Assembly: GCA_963754595.1 (NCBI GenBank)
Contig: CAVWGO010000002.1
Location: 283,579 to 347,578, forward strand
Direction of reading: 5' to 3'
DNA from: an uncultured Acidobacteriaceae bacterium
GTDB taxonomy: Bacteria; Acidobacteriota; Terriglobia; Bryobacterales; Bryobacteraceae
Length of the DNA: 64,000 nucleotides
Shown: piece by piece, positions 26,841-37,604 of the stretch
Position numbering within the stretch: position 1 is the stretch's first letter
Layout of the letters: each line of letters starts with the position of its first letter
Position numbers and translations under genes: made by a program
Notes under the pieces: model-generated
Told to the model about the DNA's origin: nothing
What the model saw: the letters and a program-made list of their open reading frames with translations, nothing else
Databases searched by the model: none

Positions 26841-29800
26841 TTATTCAACAACCTGTAAATCACGGCTGACGTTGCGCAATGCTGCTCGCAGCTCCTCGAA
26901 CCGAATCGGCTTCGTTAGATAGCCGTCCATTCCGGCTTCGAGGCAGAGTTCGCGGTACCCCGTAACGGCGTGCGCCGTTAGCGCGATGATCGGAATGCGA
27001 CCGCCCGTCTCCGCCTCTTGCTTGCGGATCGCTGCGGTCGCTTCAAACCCGTCCATCACGGGCATCTGCAAGTCCATCAAGACGAGCGATACTCCGCCTT
27101 CCATGTATCTCCGGACCGCTTGAACGCCATCGGATACCACTTCCGCGCTATGGCCGTCTTTCGCCAATAGTTTCGAAAGCAGCACTGCGTTTACCGGGTT
27201 ATCGTCGGCCACTAACACTCGTAAGGCATGGCTGGGGAGCGTGGTCTCTTGCTGCTTTCCTAGCCGAGGGGACTTTGCTGCTAGGGCAGTGGGATGAAGC
27301 AGGGAAGTGACTACCGCGTCTAAGTCCGCCGGCGACACCGGCTTTTTTAGATAGCCCTGAATCAATCCGTTACGCGCGTGAGTTTCGCCGATACCCAAGT
27401 CCGGCGAGTTCAGCAGCACAATCCGTGGCACCGAAGCATCCGCGCTGCCCGCTAGTCTGGACGCTAGGTCGAATCCGCTTTCGCCCGGCATATCTGCATC
27501 AACAAGAAGACCGTCGTAGACGTTAGCTTCGCTTCGGAGGCGTCGCAGATGTTCCATTGCCTCCGCACCATCGGTGGCTAGGTCGCAGGCGATACCAATA
27601 TTTGTCAGCATCTCCCGTAAGACTTCACGGCTTGTTCGGTTATCATCCACAACCAGGAACCGCGCCCTCTGCCCGGCAAATGTGGAATATTGGCTGGCGT
27701 CGTCTCCGCTCTCCACCCATCTGCAAACCACCGTGAAAGAAAAAGTGCTGCCCTCACCCGGCTGGCTCTCAACTCTCACTGCACCATTCATCAATCGCAC
27801 CAACCGCGAACAGATACTCAGCCCCAGGCCAGTTCCTCCGAAACGCCGCGTGATAGACCCATCGGCTTGCACGAAGGGATTAAAAATCAGGGGAAGCTGA
27901 TGCGCGTCAATGCCGATCCCGGTATCTCGCACTGAAAAGCGAAGCGTCACCTCCTCGGCATTGCGCTCTTCCACTACTGCCCGCAACTCCACTTCGCCTT
28001 GGGTTGTGAACTTGATCGCGTTGCCCAACAGATTCAGCAAGATCTGGCGCAACCGATTCTGGTCCAGCAGCACACGCCTCGGAACATCGGCGGCAATGCG
28101 GCTTACCAGCTCCAGCTTTTTTCGATGGGCAGAGATGGCCACTGTCCTCAAAGCCTGGTCTAACTCCACTCGGAGGTCTACTTCGCTTGGCTCTAATTCC
28201 AGCTTGCCGGCTTCCACTTTCGAGAAATCCAAAACGTCGTTTACGATCCCTAGGAGAGAGTCGGACGAAGTTCGGATCACTTCCAGATATTCGCGCTGCT
28301 CCTGCGTCAAGGGAGTGTCTAGCGCCAGTTCCGCCATTCCGATGATGCCGTTCATCGGTGTCCGGATCTCATGGCTCATGTTTGCCAGGAACTCACTTTT
28401 CAGGCGGTTGGCACCCTCAGCCACCTGTTTCGCGTCGGCCAGTTCTCTTTCGGCGCGCCTGCGTTCAGTTACGTCACGAAAGCTCCAAACCCGCCCTCCA
28501 TCTCGTCGCCGCCGTCCTTGCGGCTCCGAGTGGCGCTCCAGTGTTCGGCCGTCTTTCAACTCCACAACATCGTCCAGTTGCCCCTGCGAAAGCTGCTTCA
28601 ACTGCTCAATGCTGCTTAAAAACTGACCTGGGTCGGTCACGGCCTCGGACAAAAACTGCAGGGGAGATAGGGCCGGCAGATCGTCCTCCCGCAGACGCCA
28701 TATTTCGAGAAACTTCTGATTTAAAGTGACTGTCCGGCCGGCGGAATCCACTACCAGAATGCCTTCGTCAATCGATTCCAGCGTGGCCCGCAATGCCTCT
28801 GTTTTTTCGCCCACTTTGCGGCGCAGAAAGGCGATCCAGGCGAGTGCTCCTAAGCCGCCCGTAATGGCGACTGTCAGCAGCATCACCAGTCTCTGCAGCG
28901 TCCACCACGAAGGGCGCCGAAGCACTCGGATATCGTCCGCCGACTGCGCAATAAGCCGGAACGACATGGGCCGGTTTTGTTTATCCAGCTCGTCAACGCA
29001 GATGCCCGTTACCTCCAGAAGGCTGCCGTCTGGCACGTCTATCTGGCGCAAATTGCTGGAGGCAACAGGAAAGACAAGATTCTCCGCCTTCAGCACAAAT
29101 AACTGCTGGTTTGGCAGGTAAGACTTGCTAACCAACTCACCGCGCATACGCACCAGCGCCGAATCGAACTCTCCGCTGAGTGCCTGCTTGGTGGTGATGG
29201 ATGCCGGAACCGGCAACACGCCTTCTGTCTTCCTTCCGATGATTGAGTCGTTCAGCTGAATGTGTCCATGTTCAGACTCCGGATAACCGGTCGCCTCCAC
29301 CCGATCTCCTGGTCGCAGTGCAGTCGCTTCCCGAAGTTGCACCAGCAGCCCGGCCTCGTTATCCCCGTTATCGTGGATATAAACATCGCGATCGCTCAGG
29401 GCCGCTCCTACGGTTCCCCATACGCTCACTCGGCTGCCCACCGTCGATTGAAAGCCGAAGCGCAGAAGGCTGTCAATCGAAGCCCGCTTTACTCCATTCA
29501 TTGCATCTGACCGCGTCTCAAGAACTTTCATCTGCTCGAAGCTTTGGAGGTAGAGCAACACTCCGATCATTTGATTCCTTGCCGTGAACTCGGCTCCGCA
29601 TACTCCGCGCATACGAACGTATCGATCCAGGAATCTGGTTGGTAGCACTCCGCCTTTCCAGGGGACAACCACGTGCAACGTGCCGCCTTGAGGCGAAACC
29701 ACGCTCACATTCAGAACCCGTCCTTGCGACGCCTCCAGGTAGTCCATGCTGCGTACCACGCCGTCGGTCTCCACCCAGCGCGCGTCCTCGTGCGTGCTGG

Positions 29801-30434
29801 CCATCTGCTGATAGGTCACACGCTTGGGTAAAGGAAGCGCGGCCTTGCCCGTCACCGTCCAGCTAGCTTTCGCCAAGTCCGGTGCGAAATCCACTTGAGT
29901 TGTGACAGCGCGCACATCCAGCACGTCCCCAAAGTGCGGCTTTGGCATCTTCGGCGACCACTGAATCCAGATGCCGCCAGATTTGTCCTGGATGAATAAA
30001 TCCGGAATGATGGTGTCGAAGTACGTGACTACGCCGCGCAACCGGACAGGATACGCCCTCTTCGCCTCTGCCGCTGAAAGCGAACGCACCTGTGCAGCCG
30101 ATGTAAGTATCGGAAGCGGTTGCGCCGGTAGTGGTCGTCCCCCGGCCAAGGTCAGTGCCAGCAGGACCAATACCCGCAACCTCCAAGGTCGGGAACGAGC
30201 AATTTTCGGCAAGTATAAAGCGTTGTGGCTATAAAGCCATATATTTCTCAACCAAGCAGACCGCGCAATTGCCGTTTCGCTTACACTAGCCTTCAATGCA
30301 ATATCGAGAACGACCGGTACCTGCACTCGACCGCTGGGTTGAGTGTGTCTGGTCACTTCAGACAAACCAGGAGCTTCGGAGCTACCCAGTTCTTCCCGAT
30401 GGTTGCATTGACATCGTTTACTCGCCGTCCTCAC
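26841..30434 (-). CDS. hybrid sensor histidine kinase with large periplasmic domain, PAS, HisKA, HATPase and two receiver domains
   Basis: [32 protein letters not shown]1 FLVVDDN...VDADMPG, REC2 [10 protein letters not shown]...[10 protein letters not shown]. The ATG at 30434 overlaps the divergent AraC gene. An in-frame TTG at 30251, just before the signal-like [16 protein letters not shown], may be the true start. Confidence 0.9.
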   Translation of the reverse strand: MRTASKRCQCNHREELGSSEAPGLSEVTRHTQPSGRVQVPVVLDIALKASVSETAIARSAWLRNIWLYSHNALYLPKIARSRPWRLRVLVLLALTLAGGRPLPAQPLPILTSAAQVRSLSAAEAKRAYPVRLRGVVTYFDTIIPDLFIQDKSGGIWIQWSPKMPKPHFGDVLDVRAVTTQVDFAPDLAKASWTVTGKAALPLPKRVTYQQMASTHEDARWVETDGVVRSMDYLEASQGRVLNVSVVSPQGGTLHVVVPWKGGVLPTRFLDRYVRMRGVCGAEFTARNQMIGVLLYLQSFEQMKVLETRSDAMNGVKRASIDSLLRFGFQSTVGSRVSVWGTVGAALSDRDVYIHDNGDNEAGLLVQLREATALRPGDRVEATGYPESEHGHIQLNDSIIGRKTEGVLPVPASITTKQALSGEFDSALVRMRGELVSKSYLPNQQLFVLKAENLVFPVASSNLRQIDVPDGSLLEVTGICVDELDKQNRPMSFRLIAQSADDIRVLRRPSWWTLQRLVMLLTVAITGGLGALAWIAFLRRKVGEKTEALRATLESIDEGILVVDSAGRTVTLNQKFLEIWRLREDDLPALSPLQFLSEAVTDPGQFLSSIEQLKQLSQGQLDDVVELKDGRTLERHSEPQGRRRRDGGRVWSFRDVTERRRAERELADAKQVAEGANRLKSEFLANMSHEIRTPMNGIIGMAELALDTPLTQEQREYLEVIRTSSDSLLGIVNDVLDFSKVEAGKLELEPSEVDLRVELDQALRTVAISAHRKKLELVSRIAADVPRRVLLDQNRLRQILLNLLGNAIKFTTQGEVELRAVVEERNAEEVTLRFSVRDTGIGIDAHQLPLIFNPFVQADGSITRRFGGTGLGLSICSRLVRLMNGAVRVESQPGEGSTFSFTVVCRWVESGDDASQYSTFAGQRARFLVVDDNRTSREVLREMLTNIGIACDLATDGAEAMEHLRRLRSEANVYDGLLVDADMPGESGFDLASRLAGSADASVPRIVLLNSPDLGIGETHARNGLIQGYLKKPVSPADLDAVVTSLLHPTALAAKSPRLGKQQETTLPSHALRVLVADDNPVNAVLLSKLLAKDGHSAEVVSDGVQAVRRYMEGGVSLVLMDLQMPVMDGFEATAAIRKQEAETGGRIPIIALTAHAVTGYRELCLEAGMDGYLTKPIRFEELRAALRNVSRDLQVVE

Positions 30435-31064
30435 GCCTGGAAGTAATCGGCGCTATGACGCGTGCGAGGCGCTTCCATCTGCCGGCGCAAACACTCACGG
30501 TAGGTGTACGCTTCCGGCCAGGTATGGCCAGCACGCTCCTGCGCATTCCGGCGCAAGAGTTAACCGATCGCAGCTGTTGCGCTAGAGGACCTGTGGGGTT
30601 CTCCGGCGCGGGCGCTGGAGTCGCGGCTTAGCGAATGCAACTCCGCAGATCATGCGTGCCAGATTCTCACCGGCGCCTTAGCCTGCCCGGATTGGCAACC
30701 AACTCACACCCAGCGCGCGGTCGAGGCAATTACTGCTGGCCACGGCAAGTCGGATATGCCATCGCTCATCTCGCTAACCGGCATTACGGAACGGCAGTTT
30801 CGGAGGCGCTTGCTGATGGAAACGGGTCTCACGCCTAAGAAGTTGTGCCGCGTGCTCCGCTTCCGGCGCGCCTGCGCACTGGGAAGTCTAGGCCTGCCCT
30901 GGAGCTTGGTCGCACTTGACGCCGGTTACTTCGATCAAGCGCATCTCATCCGGGATTTTCGCGAGTTCGCCGGAACTACCCCTATGTCCGTTTCTTCCAA
31001 TACGAACCACGCGCCATTCAGCTACAGTGCCAGTCATGAAGATCACCACCGTTCTGATCGTTGA
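30296..31064 (+). pseudogene. AraC-family transcriptional regulator, one frameshift near 30566-30575
   Basis: N-part: [21 protein letters not shown]...RIPAQELTD. The sense continues in another frame: AVALEDLWGSPARALESRL...SLISLTGITERQFRRRLLMETGLTPKKLCRVLRF...GYFDQAHLIRDFREFAG (AraC HTH). Confidence 0.75.
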
Positions 31065-31416
31065 GCAAATTGAGCAGTCGCTGGCGTTTTGGGTCGACCG
31101 GATGGGCTTTGAGAAAACCGTCGCGGTTCCGGAGGGAGACCGGTTGGGCTTCGTCATTCTGGTGAAAGACGGGGCAGAGTTGATGCTGCAGACGATCTCC
31201 AGCGTGCGTCAAGACGAGCCCCGATTTGCTCCGGACCGGCTCGTCACCAAAGGATGTGGCCTGTTCATCGAAGTGGATGACTTCGAAGACGTGAAACGGC
31301 GTTTAGAAGGCTATCCGATCACGATGCCGGAGCGTGTCACGTTTTACAACTTACGTGAGATCGGTGTCAGCGAACCGAACGGACACACGGTCATCTTCGC
31401 CGCGAAAATACCGTAG
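31036..31416 (+). CDS. VOC (glyoxalase/bleomycin-resistance) family protein
   Basis: MKITTVLIVEQIEQSLAFWVDRMGFEK...GAELMLQ...FIEVDDFEDV...VSEPNGHTVIFA. Confidence 0.8.
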   Translation: MKITTVLIVEQIEQSLAFWVDRMGFEKTVAVPEGDRLGFVILVKDGAELMLQTISSVRQDEPRFAPDRLVTKGCGLFIEVDDFEDVKRRLEGYPITMPERVTFYNLREIGVSEPNGHTVIFAAKIP

Positions 31417-31427
31417 GCGCGGCAGCG

Positions 31428-31808
31428 CTATAGGCGTCCACGGAACCGTTCCAACTCACGGCGGTCGCGCTTAGAGGGCTTACTCTCTGGAATCAGTTCC
31501 ATTCGCCGCATCTCCTTGCGCTCCGCAGCCACCTTCAGCCGCAGTTCCTTGCTGCTTTCTGTCTCCGAATACAGCGTTTGGGCCACCGCCGCCGGACCAC
31601 GCATCTCGCTCAGCAACACTACGTTGATCTGGAAATCTCCGGCATCGTTCTTCACGTGCAGAAGATCCCCCACCCGAACTTCGCGCGCTGGTTTGGCCTT
31701 CACCCCATTGCTTTCAACCCGGCCTAAATCGCAAGCCTTTGCTGCCAGCGCACGCGTCTTGAAGAAGCGCGCCGCCCACAGCCATTTATCCATCCTGACG
31801 CCGGTCAC
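31428..31808 (-). CDS. hslR: S4-domain ribosome-associated heat-shock protein Hsp15
   Basis: RMDKWLWAARFFKTRALAAKACDLGRVESNGVKAKPAREVRVGDLL. Confidence 0.85.
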   Translation of the reverse strand: MTGVRMDKWLWAARFFKTRALAAKACDLGRVESNGVKAKPAREVRVGDLLHVKNDAGDFQINVVLLSEMRGPAAVAQTLYSETESSKELRLKVAAERKEMRRMELIPESKPSKRDRRELERFRGRL

Positions 31809-31827
31809 AACTTTATTTTCTTACAAG

Positions 31828-33315
31828 TTACGTTACCGGCCCAGGCGTGAACGGTGCCAAAGCGTTTGCTAAACCCCAGTGCTCCGCCCATGTCTTTTTT
31901 CCGCTTGCCACCGCCAGCGACAGCCGGAAGATCTCCCACCCGACTTCTTCCGTCGTCGCCCCGCCAGTCGCAATACGGCCCGCATCCAGATCGATCAAAT
32001 CCGGCCAGCGTTCCGCCAGCGTCGTACGGGAAGACACCTTTATCACCGGCACCATGGGCAGTCCATACGGGCTCCCTTCGCCTGTTGTGAATATGTGCAG
32101 GTTCATCGACGCCAGTTGCTGTGTTCCGCAGATAAAATCGCTTGCCGGGGTAGCCGCGAAGACTAACCCGCGCGCGCTTACTTTCTCGCCGTGGGTGGCA
32201 ACAGCCTCGATGGCGCTGCTGCCCGCCTTCGCAATCGAGCCCAGCGCTTTCTCGACAACGTTCGCCAAGCCGCCGCGCTTATTGCCGGGCGTCGGATTCG
32301 CACTGCGGTCCGCGCCACCGCCCGCCAGGTATTCGTCATACCAGCGCATCTCACGAATCAACGCGCGTCCTACGTCAGGCGTCGCCGCCCGCGGAGTTAG
32401 TAAGTGAATGCCGTCGCGCACTTCCGTCACTTCGGAAAACAGCACCGTTGCACCCGCCCGCACAAATAGATCCGCTGCATACCCGACCGCCGGATTACAG
32501 GTCACCCCGGAAAACGCGTCGCTGCCGCCGCATTGCAAGCCCACCACCAAAGCCGCCGCGGGACATTGCTCTCGATGGCGCTCATTCAGAAACGCCAACC
32601 TTGTCTCCGCCGCCCGCATGATCGCCGCCACGGTCGCGGCAAACCCCGTCTCCGACTGCAGCCGAATCACGTTGCTGCTTTCCAGCACCGGTAAACGCGC
32701 ATCGAACATCCGCGCCGGCTGCAGCTTCTCGCAGCCCAGACTCACCACTAATGGCCAAGCTCCCGCATTCGCATGCAAACTGATGTCACGCAGCGTGCGA
32801 ATCGGCACCGCCGCCCCGGGAGCATCAATCGCCACGCCGCAACCATAATTGTGCGTCAGCCCAATCACATCGTCTACGTTCGAATAGCGCGGCAACACCT
32901 CGGCCTGAATGCGCCGCACCGCGTACTGCACCGTGGGCGCCACACACTGTACGGTCGTGCTGATTGCAAGCACATTGCGCGTGCCCACGCTGCCATCCGG
33001 GTTCCTGTAGCCTTCAAACGTATAACCCGAAAGCGGCGCTTGCGGCTGTGGCACTGCCGTCGCCAGCGACAGATTATCCAACCCAGGAGCCGGCGGCAAA
33101 TCAATGTACTCCTCGCGTGCCCAAACCCCTCGCTCTAGGGTCCGATTCGCCCGCCCGATGGTCTGCCCGTAACGAAGAATCGGCTCGCCAACCGCAATCG
33201 GGGTAACCACAATCTTGTGGGCTTGCGGAATCAACTCGCTGCCTGAGCGAATGCCTTCCGCCGGCAGCACAATCGCCACGTTGTCCGCCGGGTGCACCTG
33301 CAGGAAAGACTTCAT
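31828..33315 (-). CDS. UxaA-family sugar-acid dehydratase (altronate/galactarate dehydratase-like)
   Basis: N-terminal SAF-like [17 protein letters not shown]..., then the large UxaA C-domain (..GLTHNYGCG.., ..[14 protein letters not shown]..). The start ATG overlaps the upstream stop (ATGA). Confidence 0.85.
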   Translation of the reverse strand: MKSFLQVHPADNVAIVLPAEGIRSGSELIPQAHKIVVTPIAVGEPILRYGQTIGRANRTLERGVWAREEYIDLPPAPGLDNLSLATAVPQPQAPLSGYTFEGYRNPDGSVGTRNVLAISTTVQCVAPTVQYAVRRIQAEVLPRYSNVDDVIGLTHNYGCGVAIDAPGAAVPIRTLRDISLHANAGAWPLVVSLGCEKLQPARMFDARLPVLESSNVIRLQSETGFAATVAAIMRAAETRLAFLNERHREQCPAAALVVGLQCGGSDAFSGVTCNPAVGYAADLFVRAGATVLFSEVTEVRDGIHLLTPRAATPDVGRALIREMRWYDEYLAGGGADRSANPTPGNKRGGLANVVEKALGSIAKAGSSAIEAVATHGEKVSARGLVFAATPASDFICGTQQLASMNLHIFTTGEGSPYGLPMVPVIKVSSRTTLAERWPDLIDLDAGRIATGGATTEEVGWEIFRLSLAVASGKKTWAEHWGLANALAPFTPGPVT

Positions 33316-34241
33316 CGCGAATGTGCAAGCTTGGGTGTTTGCACGGCCCGGTAGACCTCCATAAGCCGTTTCAGGTCTTCCAGGTCCTCCGGTCTGCAAT
33401 CCATCAGCGGCGGCCGGACCGGGCCCGCAGGCCGGCCCAGCATCTCCATCGCCGCCTTCATCGCGGCTACCTCATACCCACGGGCCCGTTCCCGTAGCGC
33501 ATACAGCGGATGCACATACTCCTCCATCAAGCCGTTAAGGCGTACGAAATCACCGGCCATCCCTGCATCCGCTATGTCGAGCGAGACCTGCGGCGCAATG
33601 TTAGAAATGCTCGACGTATACGCCTGCACGCCCACGGCAAAGTAGCCCGGCGCGCAATCATCGCCCAGGCCGCCGAACCACGCTAGGCGGTCGCCGTTGT
33701 AATTCATGATGCGCTGCAGCCGGCGCACCTCCCCCTGCCCGTCCTTCCAGGCCACCAGGTTGGGAATCTCTTCTGCCAGCCGCGCCACCATCTCCGGCGT
33801 GAACACGGCCCAATCGCGGCTATACACCATCACGGGCAGCGTCGTGGCATTGGCAATGGCTTTGTAGTAAGCGAACAATCCGCGTTCCGGCGCGGCAATG
33901 TAATACGGCGGCAGAATAAGAATGAAGTGTGCTCCCGCGCGTTCCGCCCGCCGCGCCATCTCCGCACCCAGCGCGGCATTCATCCCTGTTCCCGCCACAA
34001 TCGGCATGCGCCCGTTCACCACTTCAACGGTCCGCCGCACCACCGCTTCCACTTCGTCCGGCGTCAGGGAATACAACTCCCCGGTCCCTCCCGCCGCCAC
34101 CATGGCACAAAACGGATACGACGCCATCTCATCCACATTGCGCGCCAGCGCCTCGAGATCTAAGGAAAGGTCAGCCCGAAACGGCGTAACCGGAAAACCA
34201 AAAACACCTTTCAACGAAGCTGCAAATTGCCGGTGTGACAC
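33312..34241 (-). CDS. kdgD: 5-dehydro-4-deoxyglucarate dehydratase (DapA/KdgD family)
   Basis: [19 protein letters not shown]...[19 protein letters not shown]...RMPIVAGTG, which closely follows the KdgD pattern. Confidence 0.8.
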   Translation of the reverse strand: MSHRQFAASLKGVFGFPVTPFRADLSLDLEALARNVDEMASYPFCAMVAAGGTGELYSLTPDEVEAVVRRTVEVVNGRMPIVAGTGMNAALGAEMARRAERAGAHFILILPPYYIAAPERGLFAYYKAIANATTLPVMVYSRDWAVFTPEMVARLAEEIPNLVAWKDGQGEVRRLQRIMNYNGDRLAWFGGLGDDCAPGYFAVGVQAYTSSISNIAPQVSLDIADAGMAGDFVRLNGLMEEYVHPLYALRERARGYEVAAMKAAMEMLGRPAGPVRPPLMDCRPEDLEDLKRLMEVYRAVQTPKLAHSR

Positions 34242-34281
34242 AGCGATCAGTATATGGCGGTCTCGTCACTCAACCAGCCAA

Positions 34282-35177
34282 TCAAGCGGGGCTGAGCGGA
34301 CTCCAGAATGGCTCGGACGCCGCAATGAATTCCATCGGAACTTCCGGCACCAGCGGCCGAAGCCATTCCGCGCAAAGCTTCATGCCCGCCTGCTCGGAAA
34401 CCACATGCCCAAGCACAATCAATGCTTTGTTCTTGCCGCACGAAATCATGTCCTGTACATACTCCACCAGTTCCCATTCACGTGCTTCGCCGCAGACCAC
34501 CACCTCCACACCCTCGCGCGAGATCAGAGGAATTCCTGCGCCGATATACCCCCAACTCGTGACCACGCGCCTGCACCGGACAGCTTCGGATCGCCCAGCA
34601 CGCGCATGGTGCGGGTGCTTAGCTTCGTCTCCATCTCCTGCGCGAATTGTGCCAGCGGTGTTCCTGGAAAACTCAACATCTTCAATCATTCGGGTCTGCG
34701 TTCTTTTCCCATCCCAGCTCACGTACCATCCCTGCCGCAATGCCGTCCGGATGGCGTCCATGCCAGTGGTCATGGAAGTGAAATACCGCCATGCCGTTCC
34801 GAGTTCAGAAAGTCGCGCTTACAAAGATAGGTCTCGTCCCCTTGCAATTGCTCGACTGCGTCCTGATGCGAAAAGAATGTGGATTCATGCGTGATGATCA
34901 TGTTCTTCCCCGCCGCATGTGCCCGCTTGCATACATCCAAAGTCGCCATCATCGTCGTGGCAATTCCTCTCACCGGCGTATCCGGCGCTCCGGCGATCAG
35001 GTTGTCGACTGTTTGCTGTCGCCAGGCAATCCCGATACTCGTCTTGATCCGTTCAATCACCATTCCCGCGGTCAGAGCCGGCCTCCCCTGGTCCCCGTTA
35101 GCACCAACAAGCGGCAAAGCAGCCGCGCTTCCAAGCAGTATGCTGCGCCGTGAGAGTTGATTGTCCTGGATGCTCAT
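34282..35177 (-). pseudogene. NIF3-like dinuclear-metal protein with TAT signal, at least three frameshifts
   Basis: [23 protein letters not shown] (TAT-like), ..[34 protein letters not shown].. The sense then hops frames: [36 protein letters not shown] / [31 protein letters not shown] / [38 protein letters not shown]. Confidence 0.7.
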
Positions 35178-35228
35178 AAGCCTGCGCAAGCCCTCCCTGT
35201 ACACGCCACTATAATGGGTCCCACCCCT

Positions 35229-37206
35229 ATGTCCGCTTATCTTCGCCGCGCCGTGCTGCTCATTTGTCTTGCTCTGGTCCTTACTCGGGGCGACGCACAA
35301 CAGGGCGCCACTCTCATCGACGTCGACGTTGCTCACCCCGGCGCGGCCATCTCGCCCCAGATGTTCGGCATCTTTTTCGAAGACATCAACTTCGCTGCCG
35401 ACGGCGGGCTCTACCCCGAACTCGTCAAGAATCGATCCTTTGAATTCAACGAACCTCTCACGGGCTGGCACGAGATTTTGGCCGTCAATGCGAACGGCTT
35501 GGAGACCCCGAAAGGCGAACTCGATATTCGCACCGACGACCCGCTGAACGCCGCCAACCCTCACTACCTGCGGGCGCGCGTCTACCAAGGCGGTTACGGC
35601 TTCTGGAACTCCGGCTTTCGCGGCATGGGCGTCGAAAACGGCGCAGAGTACCGCTTTTCTGCTTATGTTCGTAGCAACGGACCGGCAAACCTTCGCGCCA
35701 CCCTGACCGACGGAAGCGGCCGCGAACTCGGAGCGGCAACGCTGGCAGGTTTCGACGGCAAATGGAAGCGGTATGAGGCCATCCTCCGTGCCACCGCCAC
35801 CGTTCCGCACGCGCAGTTGAATTTCTTCGTCGACCAAAAGGGTTCAGTCGATCTCGACATGGTCTCGCTCTTCCCCGTCGACACCTGGAACCACCGCCCG
35901 AATGGCTTGCGCAAGGATTTGGTCCAGCTCCTCTACGATCATGCATCCGGGTTTCCTCCGTTTCCCCGGCGGCTGCATCGTCGAGGGCCGGCAGCTAGTC
36001 ACACGCTATCGCTGGAAGACCACGGTCGGGGACATCACCGAGCGCAAAACCATCATCAATCGCTGGAATATCGAGTTCGACCACCGACCGGCGCCCGACT
36101 ACTTCCAGTCTTTCGGTCTCGGCTTCTACGAATACTTCCAATTGGCCGAAGACATCGGAGCCCGGCCGTTACCAATCTTAAATTGCGGTATGGCTTGCCA
36201 GTTCAACTCCAGCGAAACGGCCAACCTGGACCAACTCGGCGACTACATTCAAGACGCGCTCGATCTCATCGAGTTCGCCAACGGCCCCGTCACCTCTCCC
36301 TGGGGCAAGCTGCGCGCACAGATGGGCCACCCCGCGCCATTTCACCTGGAGATGCTCGGCGTCGGCAACGAGCAGTGGGGGCCGCGGTACCTCGAACGTT
36401 ACAAAGTCTTCGCCGCTGCCTTAAAAGCAAAGCATCCCGAGATCCAGCTGATCGTAAGCGCCGGGCCTGCCCCCAGTGGTGAACCGTTCCAGACCATGTG
36501 GTCGAACTGGCGTCAATTAAAGGCGGACATCGTGGACGAACACTATTACATGAGCCCGGAATGGTTCCTCACGAACACCACACGCTACGACCACTACGAC
36601 CGCTCGGGACCAAAAGTATTTGCGGGCGAGTATGCCGCCCAAACCTCCGGCACCGCCAAGCCTGACAATCGGAACAATTGGAACGCGGCGCTCTCCGAAG
36701 CCGTGTTCATGACCGGTCTCGAGCGCAACGGCGACGTGGTGCGCATGGCGTCGTATGCGCCTCTCATGGCGCACGTCGATGCTTGGCAATGGACGCCCGA
36801 CGCCATCTGGTTCGACAACTTGCGCTCCTACGGCACACCCGACTACTATGTCCAGTCCCTGTTCGCGAATAACGTCGGCACCCGCGTCGTCCCAGTGACC
36901 CCCTTGGCATCAGGCGGTCTGTTCACCAGCGCGTCGTTGGACGAACGAACACACGAACTGATCGTGAAAGTCATCAACCAACAACCGCATGCCTCGACCG
37001 TTCGCATCCGGCTCGAAGGTGTTCCTGCCGCAGCCGCCACGGCGAAACTGACGAGTCTGCAAAGTCCTGACTTGCAGGCTGAGAACAGTTTCGACCATCC
37101 CCAAGCCATAGCCCCGGAGACCTCCTCTCTTGCATTGGAATCAGGCGCCATCCCCGCGCGATTGCGTCCTTACTCCGTAAACGCCTATCGCATCTCACTG
37201 CGCTAG
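35229..37206 (+). pseudogene. GH51 alpha-L-arabinofuranosidase, secreted, single extra base at about 35934-35940
   Basis: Part 1: signal peptide, [32 protein letters not shown] ... RKDLVQLLYD. Part 2 in the next frame: MHPGFLRFPGGCIVEG...LGVGNEQWG...VFAGEYA... The Arg/Pro-rich tail of ORF 35157..36482 is out-of-frame read-through. Confidence 0.85.
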
Positions 37207-37604
37207 CACGCTCGGAATATGAGTCGCTTATCAATGCGGCCGATTTCATCTCGATCCTCAAAGTGAAGGCTCGGCTACAACTCGATCAATAGTTCTGTAT
37301 CTGATGGATGCGGCAACGCGCCAATACCCAAGTCAAACCCGGCAGCTTGTCCAGGATCTATGCTACAAATGTGTCAGCCCCCGAACACCCGTTGCGGCCG
37401 GTCCTTCCTGGTGCCCACCCAGATGCGATTTCCCGTTGGCCCCGGATTTAATAAGGAATGGAATCAATGGCCTTAATCCTCCTCCCTCCGGCAGCAGCGA
37501 AACCCGATTCTGCTCAGTTCTGCGAGTGCTTCCGTGGTCACAACAATTGAGCTCCCTGTTCTCCTGACTAACCCAAGCGATCTTAGGAAGGGCAGTGCCG
37601 AAGC

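Noticed and set aside
35944-36482. The 3' two-fifths of ORF 35157..36482 (HASGFPPFPRRLHRRGPAASHTLSLEDHGRGHHRAQ...), considered as a distinct Arg/His-rich protein.
   Set aside because: It is the out-of-frame read-through of the GH51 gene after the extra base at about 35940. The overlapping frame gives canonical GH51 sequence.
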